From NCBI GenBank assembly GCA_023213395.1, contig CM041465.1, positions 232,445,741-232,509,740 of the forward strand: a stretch of 64,000 bases of DNA. The letters run 5' to 3'. The notes below the pieces were generated by a model. That model was not told the origin of the DNA, ran no database searches, and was given only the letters and a program-made list of their open reading frames with translations. The position numbers were made by a program, and so were the translations under genes. Below, in pieces: positions 34,158 to 45,718 of this stretch. This DNA comes from Cycas panzhihuaensis (Eukaryota; Plantae; Cycadophyta). Every line of letters starts with the position of its first letter. Position 1 is the stretch's first letter.

Positions 34158-35089
34158 TTAAGAGCTAGCCCCTCTCTTTCTTCTCCAACATTTTTTCACA
34201 TTGCATTCTCCTATTACTCTATCCCCCCCACCCCCTCACTTAAGTTATTTTGTGTTATGCTAAAAGTAGGTTTTTTTATCAAGTCCATTCCATTTTGAGA
34301 TTAGACTCAAGCTCTTTACTTAATCAATAAGTATTCTAAATTTTAGAAAAAAGGATGCTGAAGGCTATACCTTTCCTTAGTAGGGCAAAGGGAAGGTGAG
34401 TGCGACTCATGTTGATAATAGATCCCTATCCACCAAAGACCATGGGGCTACCACTAATGAATTAGCCCTAATAGAAACTTTAAAATATAGATAATATCAA
34501 AGGAGGACCTATCTTGAATCTGACCTGCCAAATACAAACAATTTACTTAGGGAAGCCTCTCAAAAGCTTGTATGCAAATCCTTAAACACTTACAAACCTT
34601 GAAATTACTAGATGTTAATGGTATAAATGAAACCAATAATCCCTTATGCCAAACAAACTTGAGCTATATAACCTTGGGACACAACATGTATCAGAGAGCA
34701 CGAACTTAGAGTTTATGAAGGGAAAAAAGCTTAAACTAGGGGATCCTCTAGATCCTCCATGAGACCTTCCTCTACATGCATTGTCCAACACTGCTTGCCT
34801 CATCATAGGATTATAGGGACCTAAGAGAGCCCATGCATGAAGGATCCATGGAAAACTAAGAGTTAGGAGTGTTGAGCACCTCTTGGTATTCTCCTGCTCA
34901 CTAATTGTCCACTCTTTTCTATGTCCTTTCCTTGGTATAAAATGTTAATAATATTATATATATATAAACATATGATATGATATTGGTAATACTTTTTATT
35001 TATTATGTGAGATCCATTGTGCTCCATTACTAAGGGAAAAAAAATTATTCTCTTAATTTTAGGCCCCTTACCTAAAATTTAGAAATATT

Positions 35090-36110
35090 AGATATGATTT
35101 TTTCTTTCCTTGCTTAGTAGATATGCATTCATTGCTTATCATTTACTTAATGTTACATTTGATTACTTGCATTCACTTAACATTTGCCTTATGGTGCATT
35201 TGATTGATCATTAATTAATTTGCTTATGCAAATTATATTTCTCATATAATTGATGTCTTCACTAATACCTCCTATGTATTATAAACCAATAGTAAGTTAA
35301 GTCAACACATAAAACAAACATTTCTTCTTCCATTATAATCTCTTATTTTTGTCACTCTCCACTCACATTTTATCTCTTTTACATTTTTTACCTTAATCTT
35401 GAATGTAACTATTTTTCTCATATACCTCATTATATATATCCCTTTAAGTAGATGAGAATCAAATACCCATGGCTAAAAAATGAACATCATATGAGGAAGT
35501 TATGCTCCTTTTATAGTTTCATTTCTTTAAATGGTCTTATTTCTCACTCCTTAAGGTTGACTTCATAACCAATCCCTAAAAAATAGATTTTTTCTTTTAG
35601 AAACTAACTTCTACATCAATTGAGAAGATCTATCTTCTAAACTAACTTGATATAAATACTATTCCCTTGGCTCTATTTTATCCTAAGCCTCCTCTAAGTG
35701 TTTGACCCTAGGACAATCCCCACTCCTTATTTGCTTCCACTCAAACAATGCATTATTTCTCTTATTTATACTTTAACTTCACTGTTGGATTAAGGATTGA
35801 TGCATGCCCTATTTCAATATGATTACATTTCACAAATTTATACTATCATTTTGTTGTTTCTATCAAAATTATGTAGTATCATGTCTTACTTTATAATACC
35901 ACACCTTATAATGTATGTTTTTGCAATACCAACCCCTTAATACCACATGTTATAAGTATAATTCCTATAGTATTGTATCTATAACACCATACTTCTCTTT
36001 ACAAGTCTTGTAGTATTACCAAAATTCTGCCATGGTTTTATCTGATATCATTCTACTATATTACACATCAATAGTACTTCATTCACAATATTGCCATGTG
36101 TTTCCTTTTG
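35090..36110. repeat. Degenerate dispersed repeat, copy 2 (paralog of 3150-4150)
   Basis: Colinear similarity by eye. Confidence 0.7.
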
Positions 36111-39100
36111 TAAAGACTTATATTTATAGAAAACTCGTAAATTAGTAATAAACACTCAACCATAGGAATGATCTATTTTAGAGAAATGCAAGGACATGAC
36201 ATGCCTATTCTACTAGAAGTTGACCTCAAAAACTTTAAAGGATAAACATACGTTTCCATGTAAATGCTTGATCAACTACAAAATAAATTAAGATAATGTA
36301 AAGGAAATAAGTAAATAGCCTAAGCTAAAAACTAGTTATACATATATCAAAATAGGCTTTCTTATATATTTGGGATAAGTGATCAAGTGTATATTAAGGT
36401 AATGCCTAATACATCATTATCAAAATAGGAATGTAATGAGTTATTACCAAAGTATCATGGATCCTGCAAGATATTAGAAGAAATTAATAAAAATATATGT
36501 AAGTCGTAATTACCTGATCACATAAAAATGCACTATTTTATTGCATGTTAGCTTCTACAAAAAGAATTATCTGTATTAATAATAAAAAGGTTATTATAAA
36601 TATGTTTATAATGTTGAACAAATAGTTAATATTATAATTAGAATACTGAACATTAAGAGCAAAAAGTTAAAAAGTAAAGAAACCAAAGAATACTAAATTA
36701 AATGGTTAAATAAACTAGTGGAATAGCCCACATGGGAATCAATACCCTTTGTGAGAGAAGTAGACCAAATTGAGGACAATGATATCTCAATGAGAGGGAG
36801 AGGTGATAATAATGAGAAAAAAGCTAAAATAAAGGTTTCTAATTAGTGACTAGTCATTATACAAATGTCATACAAGTTTATCTTAGATAAACACCCTATC
36901 TAGGTTAACCTAAGATTGGTATGAGTAGTATAATTAAGAGATTCTTAATGTATGAGGATATTCTTCATTCTAAAAGAGGTTAACACAAGTATTTGGGATA
37001 TTAAGAAGATTAAGAGGAGTCATTGTTAAAGGGAAAAGAAAATGATCCTTATTTTAAGGATTAATTAACAACCTTAAAAGTAAGATCAAGTTCATTCTTA
37101 GGTAAGTATTTTGAAGGCCACATAAAATAGTATAGAACTTTGTTTATTTTTTCAAATTTATTGCCTAATAGAGGGTCATATAATCATTGTTTTATGATGG
37201 ATAGTAATATTCAATTATGTTTATTATGATTCTTAACCCCATTCACATTCTCTCAATTATTAGTGAATTTTATATTATAATCACCTAAACAAGTATGGCA
37301 CTTGGAACGTATGATAATACACATAGGTTAACTTTAAGGGTTCTTTAGATGAAGTGAGTTGTATTATAAATATATACTTGATTCTTTCAATGAGATGAAG
37401 GTTACTCATTCTTCCATATGACTTGTGTAATTCCTTGTGTATATTTCATCATATTGATGTCTATTTAACGTATCTCTTACTCATCTCCAAGCCCACTACA
37501 TGTCCTTGTTGGGTCCATCTTGCATATCATTACTTTTGCATTCTAATTACCAACATATTGGTATTAGAGCTTTATGCTCAAATCTAACATTCTTATATCA
37601 AAGCTCCAAATATTTTCAACATTATGGTATCTAAACTTATGGTTAACTCCATTAGAAAGGACATGTTTAAAGTCCTTTTTCACATTTATAAAGCCACTTT
37701 TTATGAGTCTAATGTCACCTAATGGAATCTTATTTTATGCCATTTTTAGTGACTCTTGTTATGTCTATTTCAGAGAATTTTGAAGACTTGTATTGAAGTT
37801 ATTTTAAGGATTTTTTAAAGTAGTCAAGTATATATTTTAGGGTTGATTTATTGCTAATTTTTAAAGTCATTTAGTGCAGGTTTGAATATAAAAAATTATC
37901 ATGTTAAAGTCCTTTTTTAAGGCTTTTTATAAATGTTTTTGCAACATTTTTATTTTGGTATTTTTAATATCTTAAACTTATTATTTTAATATGCATGTGG
38001 ACCCAAGCAAGTTTAATATGCATAAGATATAAGCTATTGGTTAGAGTCCTAAAACATTTGGTGGGTGCACATGCAAATCTAATCGCCTTACTATTATAAC
38101 CCCACATAAAAAATATATATATATACTAAGGAAAAAGAAAAAAAGAAGTTTATTTATAGCTTTCTTTTGTTGTTGAAATACTATAAGGTCAATGTCACTA
38201 AATTAAAGTTTTATACACACACACACACACACACACACACATGATGGAATAGGTGATTCCACATAATGCTTAATGCATTTGATGTTTTAAGGCTCTTTTT
38301 TTTTACATATTAAAAAATCGAAGGATATTTTAGAAAGGAATTGATCATCATGCCACAATAGCTAATTTCCATGTTAAGCTTATTTCCATGACAAAATGGA
38401 GGATTTGAGACTTTATTTCTAGTATGATGAAGACTTACTTTAATTCCTCTTAAGGCTCTTAATAACCATTTTTTATTAAACACTTATGAGAATTTTTTCT
38501 TGCTAATCACAATTAATATTTTTTGCTAGTAGTTGTATTATTTTTCAGCAGAATATTATTCATAAAAACATATTTGATTATTAGTAAACTTGGAAAGTCC
38601 AATCTCCAAGTGATATTAATTCATATCCTTGAAGAAACCACATAAGATGGAGACTTCAAGGTGAATCTTGCTCATGTTTTCTCATATGCTAAAGGAACCA
38701 TAAATCGGTTGCCTCAAATGAGAATGAACTTACTTTGATACTCAATTTATTTTCTTGGCAGATTTATTCCCAAAATGAAGTTGATTGATGATGATTGAAC
38801 CTTATACTTAAAGGATGTTCTTACTCAACTAGAGGTTGTAGTGCCTCAATACTCATGTATCTTGGTAGATGGACCTTTCTTCATAAGTGCTTCAGTAGAT
38901 TTAGTTTGCAACTTGAAGATATGGCTAGTACAATATGGAGACAATCTTTATTAGATCTAGTAGTTGATTTTAGTCTCAACATAGTACTACAGATGTGACA
39001 TTAAACATTATAAGGGGATGTTAAAATATAATGTTTAATGTAGGTTAATGTATTAATATTAAGTGTTCCCTTATCTTTCATTAACTCTTATAGGAATATT

Positions 39101-41015
39101 ATATTGGGATATTAAGACGTGTACATGGGTTGCACACCAATTCATATTATTATCTTATTAGAGGACATATGGGTTCTTACATATGATTGGATAAGTATGA
39201 GGTAACATGTACTATAAGTATGTATTTATACTAATGCAATAATTTGAATATGATCATTTTTCATAATTTTGTTATATTATATATGTGTACATACTTCATT
39301 TTACATGTGTCTTATTATTATTTTATTATTATTGCATGTTTACTTTAATAATTTTATCTTTGTAACATTATGATTAAAGAGGTTACTTTTAATCTTATTT
39401 TTTAATATGGTTTTAAACATGTTTTTGATATGGTATTAGAGTGAGTGTTGAATCCAAGCCTACACAGTTATGGTGAGGTGAAGATTATATAAATCATAAT
39501 AGCCTATCTGGTCTAGTCCTTTCCCCCTGATAAGCATTTTACTTGAGCTTATTTATGAGCTAGTCAGGTATAGAACACACCCTACTCTTTACCAAATTAG
39601 TTATTTGGCATAAATGAAGGAGATAGAGAATAGCTAGCCCATAGGTGAGATAAACTTAGTCCACACTTATATAGAGTAGAGGAAGTTCATACATTGAGGA
39701 GAAGCAACGTTGTTTAAGATGCATAATGAGTACCAGTAGCAATTATGTTAAGTGATATCTGATGGGCATCAACCAATAGGAGGAGGCTTCTAGCCTCTCT
39801 GTAACGTTATCCTACATTCCAAGAGACCTTTGATGCTCTAAACTTAGCAAAAAATTATTGGCCATTAATTCTCTACACCAAAACTTTAATAGGTCTTACA
39901 TTCAAATAACCCTATTAACAGTTGGATGGGATATTTTACAAACTCAAACCCAATATGATTATTCTTACCACCATGGTTTTGTTGCTTAAAATTGTCTATC
40001 TACCATAAATGGACAATGACTACAATATAGTTATATAGAGCCCTTAAGTGAATGTTGAACAAGCCACGCATACCCTCGCCAGCCAACTGTGTATAAAGGA
40101 AATCTAGAAATCGATCGAAGATATAGATAGAAGATTACAAAGGTATTATGCTATGAAAAACTTGTAGACAGAACATGATCTACTATATGTCATGGAGAAC
40201 AAAAATTTAAGCCATGAAAATCACACATGCACATAGAGCTCAACTCAACACAATGCTAATTAGAGAAGGTAAAACTTGTAGAGGAAGACATTGTGATTTG
40301 TTATAGATATCACGTAGAGAATTTTAATGGATTTTTAATTTTTTGAATGGTAAAAAAATTCAGAAGTTATAAATAAATTTAATTGAATTTGATATTTTTT
40401 TTAGATCTGGGGCCAGCGTTTGTCTGTCACCAAATGGCCACATGTAAAGCCCACACAGTTAAGCATTGAAGGGGGCAAACTCCAAAATGGAGTTAATCAA
40501 ATTATAAATTTTTTTATTTTGTAAAAATGTTATTTAAAATTTTAATATTTATTGAAATTCACAAGCAATTTGTTAAGGATCACATGCTTTTTCATGGTAG
40601 ACTAGCATGTTTTCTATCAAAACATTTTAGAAGGATGTTAGATTTAGGTGTCATTAGTTACATTAGATTCATTACTTTAAGATGGTCGAAACGAGTGGTC
40701 GCATGACATACTTCAAATAATATATGACAAAGGAAATGAAGGGTAAAGTTTATGCAAATATTTAAAACTTGATAAAAAGTACATTTCACGATAATTCTTA
40801 GATCTATTTTTATATATCCTATAATTTTTTAGTGTTTTTAATAGTATGGTAAAGTTATTTATATATTTGGATGCATAAAGTAGCATGCTTAGTTTTAAAT
40901 TAAGTAACATTATTAATTTGATAATTTAAAGCTCATTTTGATGAAATTTTAGTAAAGTATAATTATATATACTAGACATCAATTTTTTTCCTTACATATA
41001 TTCATATTTGGTTTA

Positions 41016-44000
41016 TGTTGGGTATATTATTTAAACTAATGTTTAATTCATTAGTCATTGTCTAAAGCCCCCCTTCATTCTCTTGTAACCCTCAAGAATA
41101 TTTTGATTATTATATTGTACTCATCTTAACATGTGTGCAAGTGGTATTATGGATTGCATGTCAAGCCACCAAGAGCACATCATTGTTGATCTTAAGAGAT
41201 TTCACATACATGTGAGTATCCTATATATATATATGCATATTTTCTATTATAATATAAGTAATGTTCATTTTCATTATTCATCTTTGTGTCTCACATTTCT
41301 TCTCTCAAGATGTGGTATCACTCTAATACCATATCTAACATTTGGTATTAGAGCTAGAATGGGTTTTGATCCCTTAAGGAACTACCCATTCGATCATGGA
41401 ATTCATTATTTGGGTAAGAAGGTTCATAGTTAGGTTCTTTGTCAAAAAATCATATCTTAGTTGATAATTTCTTAACAAAATTTTCATTGTAATGTGGAGG
41501 ATTTATATATAGTAGCAAGTTATATTTTTTGTAACATTGAATATTGGAAATAGCATGTGAGGATTATAGATTAGAGGATGCATGTAGTAACAAAAATTTT
41601 CAATGTTAGAGAATAACAGTGAAACCTTGCAGATCTGAAGCTGTAAGGAGATCATACAAAATGAAGGCCCATTAGTGTGATAATAAGTAATGGGATTGGC
41701 CATCTCAACAACTCAAATATGGGTTATTTTTTTCTTTCTAAAAGGTTGTAGTTATATGTCAATATATCTCCTATTTTTAGCCAATATATTTAGTTATTTT
41801 CTTTCCCATAATTATAAGCATTTGTCTATATTATATTACCTATGTTATCTCTCCATTTTGCATTTGCATATGCCTAGTTAATATTGAAAAGTCTATGCAA
41901 TCTTTGTCTCTGTTATAACTCAATTGGTTGCATGGTGTTGATTGGAAGTTTGAAATATGTCCATGTATTTCATGTGATCTCATTTATGGGTATACAACAA
42001 TAACTACAATATCTATCTTGTTCTATCAAATGAACAGGAGTATGTTTGGTCATCCCATATTACCTTTATCCCCCTATTTAGAATTTGCAGGAAGCATTTT
42101 CACAATTATTGTTTTACCATATGGCAATGTAGCTTTGTAAAATAAGCCAAAAGCACCCTCCCCTATTAATGTTGTAAAATTATGTATGGATTTCTATAGA
42201 TCCTAGTATGAGTATCTTAGGATCCTAGATATTGATGCTACTAAGTTCCTATCATGCCCTTCCTACCATGAGGAAAGACCATTGTGTTTAACTGTTAGAG
42301 GTGACTCGTGGCTAACTATAGAATATAACATCATTGTACTTGAATCAATGCCATTAATATAAATAGGGATTGATACACCCCTCTTATCACTGTTGCTACA
42401 TTACACTTGTGCATGTTTCCTCTAGAATTTGATGTAAAGTAGGGCATATGTGGCTAATACAATCCCAATGGTCACACCTATGGAAATTCCTATGATCATG
42501 CCCACAGATTCATCCCCTATTTCCTTAGTACTTTAGAGTGACAAAGACCCAAAAAGCTTATGCAAGTTAAAATAAATATCTAGACCTATATAACTTCCAT
42601 TTTGATTAAACTCTTTAAACTATCTAGTATGCACTTATAAGGTTCTGAAATAGATTTCATTAAGTCTTTAGGCAAGATTTCTTCCAAAACCTTTTTCAAC
42701 ACGAAAATGAGCTATGAATCGAACAAGATAAGTATGGACTCATCTACCAAATCCATCCAAAGAGGCCTCACCATGGAATCTAAGGGAGTTGATGGGGACT
42801 CTGTCATCATCAAACTCAAATAAACAGAACCAAAACCTATTGGTATATAGCAAGATTAAATTCACAAGCCAAAGACTGAATAGATGGTAGGTTGATCTAT
42901 GCTTACTCTTATGAGCCCTTTGTTTGGTAATCATCATAATGGATCATTATGACCTACAACATTGCCATCATCGACCTACACAACACAAAAAATAAAAATG
43001 GCTAATTTGCTTAGGGTTTTATTTTTTTTAGGGGGGGGGGCATTTTAAAAATAAAAAATACATTAAAATCTGATGCATTAAAAAAAATGAATGTTTGTTA
43101 AAACTTTTAATCAAATGATGTAGTTTGAGATTTAGTAGCCCCTTATCTACTAGCCATTGGTCATATAGAGGTGATAGCATGACTAGGGGCTTAAATATTA
43201 AAAGAGTTAAAGTCTTTATAAAGGTGTTTTTTATTTTAAGTAACTATCTACACTATTTTCATCATATATCTCTCATATGGACTCTGATTTTGATTTTGTT
43301 AGTTGCATTAGAATCATATTTCACCCCTCTTCAAAATGACTACTTATTTAAGATCATTTAAATTTGTTTTTGTAAGTGAAAATGTAGTCCAAATTTGAGT
43401 CAAAAAATTTATATACCTCATAAATGTTAAAATTGATGTTGAGTAAGGCTTTGAAGGCCATGTTTAATCATTTAATGCTAACATGTTGCATGATAATTGA
43501 AGTTAATATTATGTCATACAAGTTTATTTAAAAAGTAGGCCTAAAATGGCTAAGTTTAGTGGTTTATGGCACCCTACGAGGTGACCAATGATGATGTTAT
43601 TAATGACTTGGGATGTAAGACCTTAAAGAAGGTATTGCATATGTTGGCTAAGTATGAAAACCAAATATGTGTGAAGATTTTAAAGAGTTTGACATCAAAG
43701 GGGAGTCCTTTCTTTAATAACAATAGGTGAAATCAACTACAAGCGATAACTACAAGAGGCAAATATCTTAGTTTAATCGCTTTTTGGTGTGAGAGTCACT
43801 TAAATTATATGAGCATGATGTACATGTATATGTCTTTTATAAATTTTTGCATTATATGATTTATATTGTATTAACATTTGTCATGTAATGTTGGCCTTGC
43901 AACATTTGAAGGATCAATGATATTCCCATGCTTGTAGCCTTATTTAGCTACTAAGACTTCTTATATCTTAGGGATAAGCCCATAAAAGCATGTTGAAACC

Positions 44001-44826
44001 TATAAAAGCCATTGTAAGCCCATAATGGCATGATGAAGTGTATATTGACATGTTGTAATCCCATAGTGGCATGATTATAGCTTATTAAGGTATGATTTAG
44101 AGCCTATAGTGGCAAATTTGAGGCCATAGCACCTACTATTATATTTTCAGTTATTAGATATAGAAGAAAGTTGCCTTATAGTCCCATTTAGCATAAGGTG
44201 GAATACTCTTTCTAGTTGCTCTTACATATTTTTGGCATACTTGATAAACCATATAGGATGCTGTGTTTCCAAAGCAGTGCTAATGAAAGAGGTGATTGAA
44301 CCATGTAACCAAAATAACTACCTATAGAATTAGTAACCGCAATGGCTGGTTATCCATGTGATCTGCTAGATAAAGTCATATTCATATGGACATTAGCAAT
44401 TTGATAAAGATTTTATGCAGTTTAGAGCATCTACATCAACAAGAAAATGAAATAACAAAGATAGCAGATATAAAAACCATAAATTAAATATTAAGGGGGA
44501 GAAATGTTGGGTATAATATTCAGACTAATGTTTAATTCATTAATCATTGTCTAAACCCCCCCTTCATGCTCTTGTAGCTCTTAAGAATATTTTGATTATT
44601 ATATTGTACTCATCTTAACATATGTATAAGTGGCATCTTGGTTTGTCGACTAAGCCACGAAGAGCACACCATTATTGATCTCATACATATGTGAGTATCC
44701 TATATATATATATGTATACATATTTTGTATTGTAATACAATAAGTAGTGTTTATTTTTATTGTTCATCTTTATGTCTCATGTTTCTTCTCTCAAGATGTG
44801 GTATCACTCCAATACCACATCCAATA
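41016..44826 (+). mobile_element. Element C: non-autonomous LTR element (LTRs 41016-41340 and 44505-44826) carrying a captured gene fragment
   Basis: TGTTGG..CTAACA/CCAATA termini. Perfect TSD GTTTA at 41011-41015 and 44827-44831. PBS at 41343-41354 and PPT aagggggagaaa at 44493-44504. The empty site is visible at 53687-53691. Confidence 0.92.
42064..42520 (-). pseudogene. CRLK1: Captured N-terminal fragment of a calcium/calmodulin-regulated receptor-like kinase (CRLK1/2 family)
   Basis: One reading frame with stops: (I)GDESVGMIIGISIGVTIGIVLATYALLYIKF*RKHAQV*CSNSDKRGVSIPIYINGIDSSTMM..SHESP..NGLSSW*EG..LVASISRILRYSY*DL*KSIHNFTTLIGEGAFGLFYKATLPYGKTIIVKMLPANSK*GDK. This matches the recalled CRLK1 pattern LIIGISIGVVIG..IPIR.NG.DS..YSY.DLQKAT.NFTTLIGQGAFGPVYKA..VAVKVLA..SKQGEK. 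Confidence 0.85.
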
Positions 44827-45718
44827 GTTTAATGTATCCATAATACACTAGAGAATTTGTTAAATCACTTGGTTTAATGCATTTAACCTAAATATTTAGC
44901 AATATATTAATTGTTGAGATTCTCCAACTAATATTTAGTAATTGAGATTAACTAAAGATTGAAGTTGTTATTATTAATAGTATTTGATATAGCTTTACAA
45001 GTGAAGATATGAAGTCATGTGGAACTTCATATAATCCATGATGGTTAAGTCATGATAGTGAAATCGTGAAGATGTTAATTATTGATAATATGAGGATTTT
45101 TTTGTACGAAGTGCTAACCATACCAAAAAGGCTATCACGTTTTATAAATTAATGTAATGAGCTAGTTCTACTAATTGGTTGATTAATATTCAGTCATATT
45201 TAGCTATATTTCATTTTAGATTCCTTGCTTACAATAGATAAGTAAAATGGTTATAGCTTTTCCAGGTTATAGGCGATACTACACTTTTAGATTATAACAT
45301 ATAAGTTGACGACCATGCATAAACTTAATGTTTAAAAACATTAAATATTAAAGGAGGAGTGATGGAATAAGCGATTCCACATAATGTTTAATGTATTTGA
45401 TGTTTTAAGGCTCTTCTTTTTTTACATATAAAAATGGAGGAGGATATTTGAAAAAGGAATTGATTATCATGCTACAACAACCCATTTCCATATTGAGCTT
45501 ATTTTCATGACGAAATGAAGGATTTAAAGAATTTATTTTCTAGCATGATGAAGACTTAGTTTAATTCCTATTAAGGCTCTTAAGAACCCTTTTTTATTAA
45601 ACACTTATGGAAGTTTTTTCTTGTTAATCACATATGATATTTTCTACTAGTAGTAATATTTTTTTTTAGTAGAAGATATTTCATGAAAGCATATTTGATT
45701 ATCAGTAAACTTGAAAAG

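Noticed and set aside
39760-40090. Possible second captured gene in the element B internal region
   Set aside because: Manual translation gave open stretches but no motif I could recognise; needs BLASTX
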